Shown here piece after piece: positions 10,346-19,343 of a stretch of 64,000 nt of DNA (positions within the stretch are counted from its first letter, which is position 1; the number at the start of each line of letters is the position of its first letter). The DNA is from an uncultured Acidobacteriota bacterium. GTDB taxonomy: Bacteria; Acidobacteriota; UBA6911. The translations under genes were made by a program, and so were the position numbers. The notes under the pieces were generated by a model. It ran no database searches. It was not told the origin of the DNA and worked only from the letters and a program-made list of their open reading frames with translations. Location: the NCBI GenBank assembly GCA_963827655.1, contig CAWHCF010000017.1:12580-76579 (forward strand), read 5' to 3'.

Positions 10346-12469
10346 GTGTACTGGAGCCGAGGTAAGCTTCCGATTCGATCACGGATGGGGATTTTCACAC
10401 TCGTCCTGATCATAATATGGTTCCTGAGACTGGTCCCGGCGATCCGGGGCGCTTTATCGCCTGGCCTGTTGCTGGTGTTGGACCTCACCGGTCTTCTGCT
10501 GGTCATTCCAGCCATTTACTATATCTGGAAGCTCTTTACCTTCGTCAAGAGTGAGCTGCTCTGGAAAATACGCCGCCGCTTGATCCTGGCACACATGTTT
10601 ATCGGCGTGATCCCGGTCATCCTGGTTCTCACGATTCTTTACGTGTCTGCGCTGCTCTTCTACTACCAGCTCAGCTATTACCTGATTCAGAACCAGATTG
10701 GTATTCACATCGCGCAGGCCCACGCATTGAATCTTTCACTGCGCAGCGCGATGGAGCAGGCTCTGGCTCGTTCATCCGCGGCACCCGGCGTTTTGAGATC
10801 TGTCCTGGATCGCGACGGCAAGTATGTGCTGGGGACTTACCCATCCGCCTCCATCATTCTACGCATCCAGGATCAAACATCCGGTCAGGTCTCCGTAGAT
10901 GCGAATCGGAGCATGAAAAAGGAATGGCTGGGGAACTATCAGCTTCCTCGCTGGACCAGCGATCATGAATTCAGCGGACTCGTGGTCGAAGACTCCCAGC
11001 CGGAATTGTATCGTGGGGCCGACGGCTCAGACGACGATGGGGGGCGGGGAAGGCTTTTTCTGCGAAGTCTGGTCTTCAGTGATTTCAGATCCGACACTCC
11101 ATTCAGCCTCGAGCTTTCGGTTCCCTTGGATCAGTACCTGTTGGATCGGCTGAAAGCGGCCGTGGGCCAGGATCTGCTTCTGGCCCATCACGTCCCTGCG
11201 TCGAGTCTCAACGTGATGCTCCAGAACACCGATATTCTGCGGCGGAATATCTTGAGTGCCACATTTGATATGACGGAAGAGCAGCAATCGCTGGGTCGTC
11301 CGGTCTGGTCGATTCTCCTGTTTCCGGTCTCGTGGAACACCGGAAATGAAGAGGGCCGCGCGGCAACCGAAGTCCTGTTCGTCGAACTGTCGACCTCGAA
11401 ACTGATCCAGAACGTCTTTCGCTCCGAGAGTAATGTGAGTCAAACCATTCTCGGGCTCTTGCGCATCGTGTTGGGTTTCTTTCTTGCCATCGAAGTCATT
11501 TCGCTTTTGGTCGGAATCGTCTTGACCAAATCGATTACACAGGCGGTCCACAACCTCTATCGCGGGACTGAATTCGTCAAGCGCGGCGATTTCAGCCATC
11601 GAATTGTAGTCAAATCGAACGACCAGTTGGGCGCTCTCGCCAAGTCCTTCAATCAGATGACCGACTATGTTCAATCGCTGGTCAAGGAGCGTGTGGAAAA
11701 AGAACGGCTGCAGCGAGAACTGGAGATCGCCAAGGAGGTCCAGGAACAGCTCTTTCCGCGCGAAGCTCCGCGCATGGAGCGCATGGAACTCACCGGACTC
11801 TGCCTGCCGGCGCGAGTGGTCAGCGGTGACTATTACGATTTTCTTAAGTTCGATGCGCACAGCCTGGGGATGGCGCTGGGGGACATTTGCGGCAAAGGGA
11901 TTTCGGCCGCCCTCTTGATGGCGAACCTTCAAGCGACGCTCCGCAGCAACGTGATCAACCTCTTCGGCGACGAAAACGCCCCCGCCGAACGGCTCCAAGG
12001 GGAGGGAGCCGTTGCCCAGGTGGTCAAGATGATTAACCGCCAGATCTACAATTTCACGGCATCCAATAAGTTCGCCTCGTTTTTTTATGGAGTTTACAAC
12101 GACGCCAATGCTTCGCTCACGTACTGCAATGCAGGACACAATCCGCCCCTGTATTTCCAAAACGGCGGGTTTCAGCGCCTCTCGACCGGCGGCACCGTGG
12201 TCGGGATATTTCCCGACGCAGAATATCAGCAGGCTACACTGTATCTGCAGCCCGGCGATCTCCTGCTAGCCTATACCGACGGGATCGTGGAGAGCGTGAA
12301 TGAATACGGTGAGGAATTCGGCGAGCAGAGGCTGATCCAGATTCTCGAGCAGAACCGGCAGCTTTCGGCGCAGGAAATCCAGAAGGTGATCGTCGACCAG
12401 GTCTTGGACTGGGCCTTCGAGCAGGAGCGCGACGACGATATGACTCTGATCGTGGCAAAATTTAGTTGA
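10346..12469 (+). CDS. Membrane sensor with HAMP domain and PP2C-type (SpoIIE/RsbU-like) serine phosphatase domain
   Basis: 707-aa ORF with N-terminal TM helices and a HAMP-like segment (...FVKRGDFSHRIVVKSNDQLGALAKSFNQMTDYV). SpoIIE motifs are VVSGDYYDF, GDICGKGISAALLMANL, YCNAGHNPP, AYTDGIVES and DDDMTLIV. The start may be ATG 10385. Confidence 0.85.
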   Translation: MYWSRGKLPIRSRMGIFTLVLIIIWFLRLVPAIRGALSPGLLLVLDLTGLLLVIPAIYYIWKLFTFVKSELLWKIRRRLILAHMFIGVIPVILVLTILYVSALLFYYQLSYYLIQNQIGIHIAQAHALNLSLRSAMEQALARSSAAPGVLRSVLDRDGKYVLGTYPSASIILRIQDQTSGQVSVDANRSMKKEWLGNYQLPRWTSDHEFSGLVVEDSQPELYRGADGSDDDGGRGRLFLRSLVFSDFRSDTPFSLELSVPLDQYLLDRLKAAVGQDLLLAHHVPASSLNVMLQNTDILRRNILSATFDMTEEQQSLGRPVWSILLFPVSWNTGNEEGRAATEVLFVELSTSKLIQNVFRSESNVSQTILGLLRIVLGFFLAIEVISLLVGIVLTKSITQAVHNLYRGTEFVKRGDFSHRIVVKSNDQLGALAKSFNQMTDYVQSLVKERVEKERLQRELEIAKEVQEQLFPREAPRMERMELTGLCLPARVVSGDYYDFLKFDAHSLGMALGDICGKGISAALLMANLQATLRSNVINLFGDENAPAERLQGEGAVAQVVKMINRQIYNFTASNKFASFFYGVYNDANASLTYCNAGHNPPLYFQNGGFQRLSTGGTVVGIFPDAEYQQATLYLQPGDLLLAYTDGIVESVNEYGEEFGEQRLIQILEQNRQLSAQEIQKVIVDQVLDWAFEQERDDDMTLIVAKFS

Positions 12470-12539
12470 TTTGTCGTAGTTTAGGTATGATTATTAAACT
12501 ATCGGATTAATATCGAGCAATTGTAATGGAAGATCAAGA

Positions 12540-13616
12540 ATGAGTGGAGAAACATCGTCCGTGCTTGATCTGCCGGATCGGTGGGCGTCCATCGATCGGC
12601 AAGGGATGCGGGATGTGCTTGAGTCATCTCCGAACCAGCTGCGATCGGCAGTTGAGATAGCCGGTCGCATTTCGGTTTCGATTCCGGGGCAGATCGCCAA
12701 CGTTGTTGTCACCGGGCTCGGAGGTTCGGCGATTGGAGGGGACGTCGTCTCCTCGGTGGCAGGAGAATTGCTGCGCGTCCCCTTGATTGTGAACCGCGAC
12801 TACGGGCTGCCAGCGTTTGTAGGTCCGTCTTCGCTGGTTATCGCGTGCAGCTATTCCGGAAACACGGAAGAGACCCTGGACGCGTTCGCGGAAGCGCGCC
12901 GCTCGGGCGCATCCGTCTTCTGCGTCACCTCGGGCGGGCGGCTGGCTGCCCTGGCGCGAGAACAAGAGATTCCGCTGGTACTGATACCCGGAGGGTTGCA
13001 GCCCCGGGCGGCGCTCGGTTTCTCGACCATCGCGCTTCTGGGCGCGCTTCGAGCCTTCGGATTGGTTCCGGACTTGACGGGCGCTTGTCAAGAGACCATC
13101 AACCTTGTCTCTTCACTCGTAGATCGCTACCACCCGGAGATTCCGGAAGCAAGCAACAGAGCCAAGGTTCTGGCGCGCTCACTGCACGGACGAATTGTGG
13201 TGATCTACGGATCGACCGGTGTGGTAAGTGGAGCGACGGTCCGATGGCGTGGTCAGATGGAGGAAAATGCCAAGAATCTCGCGTTCCATCATCTGCTGCC
13301 GGAAATGAATCACAACGAGCTGGTTGGTTGGGAATACCCTGCGGAAATCCTGAAGCAGCTGGGTGTCATATTCCTGAGGGACCGAGGGGATCACCCTCAG
13401 GTACAGCGGCGGTTCGAGTTCACACGAGAGTTTATCGCCGCCCGCGCCGGAGTGGCGCACGAAGTGTGGACCGAAGGGGAGTCTCGGCTGGCGCGCATTT
13501 TTTCAGTCATATGCCTGGCGGATTTTGTCAGCCTGTATCTCGCTTATCTGAACGAGGTCGATCCTACGCCGGTTGAAGCGATCGAAGCGCTGAAGCACAA
13601 ACTTGGCCGCTCTTAG
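12540..13616 (+). CDS. Bifunctional phosphoglucose/phosphomannose isomerase (SIS domain)
   Basis: 358-aa ORF with SIS-type GLGGSAIGGDV and CSYSGNTEETL. Length and C-terminal half are typical of the PGI/PMI family. Its TAG stop (13614-13616) lies at the edge of the MITE-like element. Confidence 0.75.
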   Translation: MSGETSSVLDLPDRWASIDRQGMRDVLESSPNQLRSAVEIAGRISVSIPGQIANVVVTGLGGSAIGGDVVSSVAGELLRVPLIVNRDYGLPAFVGPSSLVIACSYSGNTEETLDAFAEARRSGASVFCVTSGGRLAALAREQEIPLVLIPGGLQPRAALGFSTIALLGALRAFGLVPDLTGACQETINLVSSLVDRYHPEIPEASNRAKVLARSLHGRIVVIYGSTGVVSGATVRWRGQMEENAKNLAFHHLLPEMNHNELVGWEYPAEILKQLGVIFLRDRGDHPQVQRRFEFTREFIAARAGVAHEVWTEGESRLARIFSVICLADFVSLYLAYLNEVDPTPVEAIEALKHKLGRS

Positions 13617-13755
13617 GGTTCGCGCAGAAATAAGTTCGCATTCTGCAGCCCGAAGGGGCGCGATCCTCAGCCTGCTTAGCGAACAGAAACCGGTTCATGA
13701 TTGACCGCCGGCTTTCGCGCCAGAATGTGAAGTTATTTCTGGGCGAGCCCTTAGG
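13612..13755. mobile_element. MITE-like palindromic element, copy 1 (~140 bp)
   Basis: Left end AGGGTTCGCGCAGAAATAAGTTCGCATTCTG. The reverse complement of the right end is AGGGCTCGCCCAGAAATAACTTCACATTCTG (~27/31 match). It shares a conserved core (GCGCGATCCTCAGC.TGCTTAGCGAACAGAAACCGGTTCATGATT) with copies at 24028 and 48253, and is flanked by TTAG on both sides. Confidence 0.8.
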
Positions 13756-13894
13756 CGCTTGACGAAACGTTCAGACCAACATGTTGTCGTTCACAAGGGC
13801 CTTTCGTTCGGGGCGAAGTCCCCGAACGAACCTTAGCGTCTTCGCGGTAACGCCAGGCCCGAACGCACACGAAGAACCACCGGGGGAGAAAGAA

Positions 13895-15244
13895 TTGCGA
13901 CGAGAGATTTTTCGGGAATACGACATCCGCGGAATCGCGGGACGAGACTTGACTCAGGAGTCGGTCGAGCTCATCGGACGGGGGATCGGGACCTTGCTGC
14001 ATCGCGCCGGCAAACGCAGGATCACCGTGGGACGCGATTGCCGGCCAAGTTCCGATCCGTTCCGGGATGCGCTTACCGGCGGGCTCACGGCCAGCGGCGT
14101 CTCGGTGATTGATGTGGGGGTTGTGCCCACGCCGCTCTTGTACTACTCGATCCATCACCTGGCAACCGATGGCGGCGTGATGATAACCGGGAGCCACAAT
14201 CCGTCCGACTACAACGGGTTCAAGGCCTGTATCGGGACCGAGTCGATTTACGGGAGCCGCATTCAGGAGATTTACGAATTGATCCGAGCCGGCGACTTTG
14301 CCCGCGGCTCGGGGGCGGTAGAGAACGCGGAAATAACCCAGTCTTACCGGCAGGCTCTTCTAGACCAGATCCGTGTGGCGCGAAAGGTCCGGGTGGCCGT
14401 AGACTGCGGGAACGGCACGGCGTGCCTTGTGGCGCCGGATTTGTTAAGAGCCCTGGGATGCGAGGTGCGCGAACTCTACTGCGAGATGGACGGAAGTTTT
14501 CCCAATCATCATCCCGACCCGACGGTGGAGGCAAACCTGCGCGACTTGCAGTCGGTCGTCCAGGCTGAAGATCTCGAGCTCGGGATCGCTTTTGACGGCG
14601 ATGCCGACAGGATCGGCGTGGTGGACAACGGCGGAAGAATCATCTGGGGGGATTACCTGATGGTGCTTTACGCCCGGGATATCCTCAAACAGAGGCCTGG
14701 TGCCACAATCATCTCGGAGGTGAAATCTTCGATGAACCTTTTCCGGGATATCGAGAACCATGGCGGGCGGGCCATTATGTGGAAGACGGGCCACTCCCTG
14801 ATCAAGGCCAAGATGCGCGAAGAACGCGCCGCGCTGGCCGGTGAGATGAGCGGTCACATGTTTTTCGCAGACCGATACTTCGGATACGACGACGCAATCT
14901 ATGCGGCGTGCCGGCTGCTGGAAATCGTTGCGCAGTCTTCACATTCTCTTGCCAGCATGCTGTCGGATCTTCCGCCGACCGTGATGACGCCTGAGATCCG
15001 GGTTCAGTGCGACGACGATAGAAAATTCGAGGTAGTGGAGAAAGTGAAGGCTCACTTTCGGCGGCTGAATCAGGTTATCGAAGTCGACGGAGCCCGCATC
15101 CTCTTCTCCAAAGGGTGGGGGCTCGTCCGAGCCTCCAATACACAGGACGTCCTGGTTCTGCGTTTTGAAGCCGACGACCAGAGCAGCCTGGATTCTATTC
15201 GTTCCCAGGTGGAGGAACAGGTCCACCTGGCCAAGGCGTCATAA
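13895..15244 (+). CDS. Phosphomannomutase/phosphoglucomutase (alpha-D-phosphohexomutase)
   Basis: Active-site TGSHNPSDYNGFK and metal loop FDGDADRIGVVD. The ORF track starts at 13781, inside repeat DNA. An in-frame TTG at 13895 preceded by GGGGGAG and followed by REIFREYDIRG fits the family N-terminus better. Confidence 0.85.
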   Translation: MRREIFREYDIRGIAGRDLTQESVELIGRGIGTLLHRAGKRRITVGRDCRPSSDPFRDALTGGLTASGVSVIDVGVVPTPLLYYSIHHLATDGGVMITGSHNPSDYNGFKACIGTESIYGSRIQEIYELIRAGDFARGSGAVENAEITQSYRQALLDQIRVARKVRVAVDCGNGTACLVAPDLLRALGCEVRELYCEMDGSFPNHHPDPTVEANLRDLQSVVQAEDLELGIAFDGDADRIGVVDNGGRIIWGDYLMVLYARDILKQRPGATIISEVKSSMNLFRDIENHGGRAIMWKTGHSLIKAKMREERAALAGEMSGHMFFADRYFGYDDAIYAACRLLEIVAQSSHSLASMLSDLPPTVMTPEIRVQCDDDRKFEVVEKVKAHFRRLNQVIEVDGARILFSKGWGLVRASNTQDVLVLRFEADDQSSLDSIRSQVEEQVHLAKAS

Positions 15245-15312
15245 GCTCCCAGGCGGCGTCTCGGAAACCCCGGGTCGTGGCGGTTAGAAAGAGTCCCGGA
15301 AGGCCGGGGTCG

Positions 15313-15341
15313 TTGACAGTTCTCAAGAGTATTTGTAAAAA
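15313..15341 (+). promoter_or_regulatory. Candidate sigma70-type promoter upstream of the PSRP/PDRP gene
   Basis: TTGACA (15313-15318), 17-nt spacer, TAAAAA(T) (15336-15342), about 35 nt upstream of ATG 15375. Sequence match only. Confidence 0.4.
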
Positions 15342-15374
15342 TAGCGCATAGCTTCCAAAGGACCTCCCTTCGTT

Positions 15375-16193
15375 ATGGCTGAATATCACGTCTTCGTCGT
15401 ATCTGACGGTACCGGCGAGACCGCGACGAAAATGTCCAAGGCGGCGCTGTTACAGTTCACGCCGCGCAACACGATCTTTACGCGTCACAGCAATGTGCGC
15501 TCGATCGAAATGATTCGCGAAGTGGTAAAGGACGCGCAACGGGATCGCGCCCTGGTTATTCACACCTTTGCCTCGCAGGAACTCCGCCGCGCGATGGAAG
15601 AGGCCTGCCAGGACCGCAACGTTCCAAGCCATGATCTATTGGGATCCCTTTTCGAGACGCTGCAGGAGTTCTTTGGTGTTTCCCCCACCGAGAAGCCAGG
15701 ACTCTTGCATCAGGTGGACGACGACTACTTCGAGCGCGTCGATGCTCTTTCGTTCACAGTGCGTCACGACGAGACACGGTCCGCCGACGGCCTGCATGAG
15801 GCCGAGATCGTCCTGGTCGGCGTGTCGCGTACCTCGAAGACTCCTCTGAGTGTCTATCTCGCCCAGGAGGGGTGGAAGGTAGCCAACATGCCGGTGGTGA
15901 TCGGAGAGAAGCTGCCTGAGGAGTTGTTCCAGCTTGACCAATCGCGGATCGTGGGGCTGACGATTACTCCGGAGCGGCTGGCCGAAGTGCGGAAGGCGCG
16001 ACTCTCCCGCCTGGGAACCGCCGACTCCACGTATGCGGATCTGAAGCGAGTTACCGAGGAGCTCGAGTACTGCCGGAAAATCTTCGACCAGAATCCGCGC
16101 TGGTTGCGCGTCGACGTCACCGGGAAATCGGTCGAGGAGATCGCTTCAGAAATACTTGACAAGATCGTCGGCAAGGAGCGGCGCCTGCAGTGA
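15375..16193 (+). CDS. ppsR: Pyruvate,phosphate dikinase / PEP synthase regulatory protein (bifunctional kinase-pyrophosphorylase, DUF299)
   Basis: 272-aa ORF. It starts MAEYHVFVVSDGTGETA and has the P-loop-like GVSRTSKTPLS, both hallmarks of the PSRP/PDRP family. Confidence 0.8.
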   Translation: MAEYHVFVVSDGTGETATKMSKAALLQFTPRNTIFTRHSNVRSIEMIREVVKDAQRDRALVIHTFASQELRRAMEEACQDRNVPSHDLLGSLFETLQEFFGVSPTEKPGLLHQVDDDYFERVDALSFTVRHDETRSADGLHEAEIVLVGVSRTSKTPLSVYLAQEGWKVANMPVVIGEKLPEELFQLDQSRIVGLTITPERLAEVRKARLSRLGTADSTYADLKRVTEELEYCRKIFDQNPRWLRVDVTGKSVEEIASEILDKIVGKERRLQ

Positions 16194-17059
16194 TGGAGTT
16201 TGCCAAGCTTCACGCACTGGGCAATGACTTTCTCGTGATGAATGTCGCCGGCGCGGCCTATGCGCAGGCCCTTGCGTCCCACGCCAGACAGATCTGCGAC
16301 AGGCACTGTGGCGTCGGCGCCGACGGCATTCTCTACTACCAACCCACGATCGGGGATCCCGAGTCGGACTTTTCGGCCCTTATCTTTAACGCGGACGGAA
16401 GCAAGGCAGAAATGTCCGGCAACGGCGTGCGCTGTCTGGCGGCCTTTCTTCACCAGAGCGGGCAGAGCCGCCAATCGACGGTTCGGATACGCACGGTATC
16501 GGGCATAAAGCGTCTCACGCTTCACGGGAACGATGGGGAAACTTACACGTTTGAGACTTCAATGGGCACCCCCATCACCGATCCGGTTCGTATACCAGCG
16601 CGGCTCGCAGCGTTGCCGGGCCCGGTGGTACGGTACCCGCTCGAGGTGGGATCAGAGGTGGTGAAGGTGACACTATGCTCGATGGGAAACCCTCACTGCT
16701 CGACCTTCTGGCCTGACCTGGATTCGGCGCCGATCGACCGGCTGGGCGCGCTCCTGGAGCGGCATGACATTTTTCCCAATCGCACCAACGTGGAATTCAT
16801 CCAGGTGGTGGACCGTCATCAGCTTCGAACCCGCTTCTGGGAACGTGGCGTTGGCCGGACCCTGGCCTCGGGTACTGGAAGTTCCGCTGCCGCCGTGGCG
16901 GCCATCTTGAGTGATCTGGCCGAAAGCCCGGTGACCGTCCATACGGAGCTGGGAGCCCTTTTGGTGTCCTGGGAGAACGAGGGCGAGGTGCTCCTTACAG
17001 GGCCCGCCGAGTTCATCTGCACCGGGAGGTACACAAAAGCGGTAGGCAGTGAGCAGTAG
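16190..17059 (+). CDS. dapF: Diaminopimelate epimerase; the second catalytic Cys position reads Ser
   Basis: Carries FAKLHALGNDFLV, MSGNGVRC (first catalytic Cys) and SMGNPH. The region aligned to E. coli [13 protein letters not shown] reads RTLASGTGSSAAAV. It overlaps the ppsR stop (GTGATG at 16190-16195). Confidence 0.85.
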   Translation: MMEFAKLHALGNDFLVMNVAGAAYAQALASHARQICDRHCGVGADGILYYQPTIGDPESDFSALIFNADGSKAEMSGNGVRCLAAFLHQSGQSRQSTVRIRTVSGIKRLTLHGNDGETYTFETSMGTPITDPVRIPARLAALPGPVVRYPLEVGSEVVKVTLCSMGNPHCSTFWPDLDSAPIDRLGALLERHDIFPNRTNVEFIQVVDRHQLRTRFWERGVGRTLASGTGSSAAAVAAILSDLAESPVTVHTELGALLVSWENEGEVLLTGPAEFICTGRYTKAVGSEQ

Positions 17060-17124
17060 GCGGCAAGCAGTGGGCCTGGTGCCCATTGTTTACTGCTTAC
17101 TGCCTGCCCCCTACTGCCTGCTGC
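17043..17124. repeat. Heptamer-periodic inverted repeat (CAGT / ACTG type) filling the dapF-M20 spacer
   Basis: CAGT at 17047, 17054 and 17068. ACTG at 17092, 17099 and 17113. The arrangement is mirror-symmetric about GGGCCTGGTGCCC. The dapF stop TAG (17057-17059) lies inside the left arm, and the M20 ATG (17126) follows the right arm. Confidence 0.8.
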
Positions 17125-17125
17125 T

Positions 17126-18265
17126 ATGCTTGCTGACGCGCTAGTCGAATATTTCCAATCTAACCTCCCGGGCGCTCTGGATCTCCTGAGAACCATCGTC
17201 GAGATCGAATCCTGTTCGTACGACAAGCCAGGAATTGATGCGCTGGCGGAGTTTCTGGCTCCGCGGTTCAGAGATCGCGGCGCTGTCGTGGAAATCCTGA
17301 GCGACCCGGTCCGGGGCAACGCTCTGAAAGCTGTTTATGAAAGCAAGCGGGCGGGAAAGCCGGTCATGATTCTGGGACATCTCGATACCGTCTGGCCTTC
17401 AGGTTCCACAAGCGCTCGCCCCTTTCGAGTAGAAGAAGGGAGGGCTTACGGTCCCGGCGTCTTCGATATGAAGAGCGGGATCGTCCTCTCCCTTCTCACT
17501 TGTCAAGTTCTTCATGAGAAGAAAATCGATCCGGGCAAAAACCTCATATTCTTTTTCTCGGGGGACGAGGAGATCGGCAGCAAAACCGCTCTGCCGCATC
17601 TCAGTTCGATCGCCAGTTCCTGTGGAAATGTCCTGTGTCTGGAACCGTCGCTCCCTGGCGGTAAGGTCAAGACATTCCGTAAAGGGGTTGGGAGGTTCGA
17701 TATCCGGGTCGAAGGGATTCCGTCGCATGCCGGCGTCGACCACGAGACGGGCGCCAACGCGATTCAGGAGTTGAGCCGGCTGGTGCTACACTTACAGGGT
17801 CTCACGGATTACGCGCGGGGGATCACCGTCAACGTTGGTAAAATCCAGGGCGGAACTGCTTCCAACGTAGTTCCCGCGCTGTGTGAAGCGGAAGTCGACT
17901 TCCGCGTCGCCACGGTGGCGGATGGTCGCTGGTTGGAGAGTGTGGTGCACTCCGTTCAACCTGCGGATCACAGGTGCAAGATTCAAATCCAGGGAGGTTT
18001 GGAACGACCCCCGCTGGAGCGGACACCCGCTGTGATTGCGCTTTACCAGAAAGCGCGAGGGCTTGCGTCTTCGGTGGGGATGGACCTCGGGGAAGGCTCC
18101 ACGGGTGGAGGGAGCGATGGATCGTTCACAGCCGGAATGGGCATCCCGACTCTCGACGGGCTCGGAGTGCAAGGCGACGGAGCCCATGCGCTGCACGAGC
18201 ACATCGTTGTCGGCGACATAGCGCGCCGGACCGCCTTGCTGACCTTGTTGGTGCAGTCGCTTTAA
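17126..18265 (+). CDS. M20 family metallopeptidase (carboxypeptidase G2 / DapE-ArgE like)
   Basis: 379-aa ORF with LGHLDTVWP, FSGDEEIGS and HAGVDHETGANA, typical of M20 dimetal hydrolases. It is adjacent to dapF. Confidence 0.75.
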   Translation: MLADALVEYFQSNLPGALDLLRTIVEIESCSYDKPGIDALAEFLAPRFRDRGAVVEILSDPVRGNALKAVYESKRAGKPVMILGHLDTVWPSGSTSARPFRVEEGRAYGPGVFDMKSGIVLSLLTCQVLHEKKIDPGKNLIFFFSGDEEIGSKTALPHLSSIASSCGNVLCLEPSLPGGKVKTFRKGVGRFDIRVEGIPSHAGVDHETGANAIQELSRLVLHLQGLTDYARGITVNVGKIQGGTASNVVPALCEAEVDFRVATVADGRWLESVVHSVQPADHRCKIQIQGGLERPPLERTPAVIALYQKARGLASSVGMDLGEGSTGGGSDGSFTAGMGIPTLDGLGVQGDGAHALHEHIVVGDIARRTALLTLLVQSL

Positions 18266-18397
18266 GAGTTTGATATTCTGTCGTAGCGTAGTGTGAATAT
18301 GTGCACAGACACTTCCTTCCGGGCTGGCGATACCGACGCGCGAATAGTGGCGCCTGAAAAGAGCCGGCGGTTGCCGCGTTTCAGGAACCCACTGGTG

Positions 18398-19267
18398 ATG
18401 TCCTCTCTTGCGGTTGTTGTATTCGGGCTGGTCAGCGCCGGCCTGGCCGCGGGCCAGGGAGCAAAAAAGCCATTTGCTTACGCCGGGCCGCAGTACGTTA
18501 TCACCGCTGAGATCGGCGGGTCTCATAGCTTTATTGTGAACGTCATCAACCTTTCGGATTTTGTCATCGTAGTGCAGGCGAGCGACCTGATCTATAGAGG
18601 CGCATCCGAGCGCTACTATATCGGACAAGTTTTCGAGCAAGACCACCAGGACACGCGTGGAGAACCCCAGAAATATACGGCGTCCGTTCTCTTGAAGGGA
18701 CAGACTTTCACCGGCCTGACCGTGCTCGGGGCCTTTCGGGAACTGGATCAGATCGAAGAGATGAGCATCCGGATCGGAGCCAAGCGCTTCTACCTGGAGC
18801 AGTTGGAGCAGGTTCATTTCGAACAACTGGCCGCGAAGATCGGCGAGCTGGACATGAAAAAAGGGAATCCGACGGAGGCGCTTCGGGAAGCCAATATTCC
18901 CGAAATTGGAAAGGCTCGGAGCCCGGATGGAACATCGGAGTGGGACCGCGATTGGCAGGGTCTCCTGAACGCCGAAGGAGTGAATCCACCGCGCATCATC
19001 CAGAGACTTGACGTGACTCCGACCGACGAGGCCCGTCGGGCGAACGTGCACGGCAAGCTCAGGCTCAATGCTGTGATTAACAAGAACGGAGGAATTCAGG
19101 ACCTCAAAGTACTCAAGGGATTGGGCCGAGGCCTGGACGAGCGAGCCCTGGATGCGGTTAAGAACAGTTGGGTTTTTCTCCCGGCGACCAAAAACGGTGA
19201 AGTGGTGGAGACCAATGTCACTTTCGAGATCGAAATTCCACCTTCGACTGAGGCCAAGCGCCCATAG
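18398..19267 (+). CDS. TonB C-terminal domain protein
   Basis: The C-terminus (...ARRANVHGKLRLNAVINKNGGIQDLKVLKGLGRGLDERALDAVKNSWVFLPATKNGEVVETNVTFEIEI) is TonB_C-like. ATG 18398 precedes the hydrophobic MSSLAVVVFGLVSAGLAAG. The ORF track start at 18293 is probably too far upstream. Confidence 0.7.
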   Translation: MSSLAVVVFGLVSAGLAAGQGAKKPFAYAGPQYVITAEIGGSHSFIVNVINLSDFVIVVQASDLIYRGASERYYIGQVFEQDHQDTRGEPQKYTASVLLKGQTFTGLTVLGAFRELDQIEEMSIRIGAKRFYLEQLEQVHFEQLAAKIGELDMKKGNPTEALREANIPEIGKARSPDGTSEWDRDWQGLLNAEGVNPPRIIQRLDVTPTDEARRANVHGKLRLNAVINKNGGIQDLKVLKGLGRGLDERALDAVKNSWVFLPATKNGEVVETNVTFEIEIPPSTEAKRP

Positions 19268-19275
19268 GCAGGCCC

Positions 19276-19300
19276 GGCGCTTGTTTTGCGCCTGTTTCTT
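19276..19300 (+). terminator. Weak intrinsic-terminator-like hairpin after the TonB-domain gene
   Basis: GGCGC-ttgtttt-GCGCC (19276-19292) followed by the T-rich TGTTTCTT. The stem is short (5 bp). Confidence 0.3.
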
Positions 19301-19343
19301 CGCGGTTGACGATGGAGCAGGTTTAGATTTATGAGACTGATCT

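Noticed and set aside
13781-13894. N-terminal 38 codons of the PMM ORF as called in the track
   Set aside because: This stretch lies in MITE-flanking or REP-like DNA and is not part of the family N-terminus. The in-frame TTG at 13895 with a GGGGGAG RBS is preferred.
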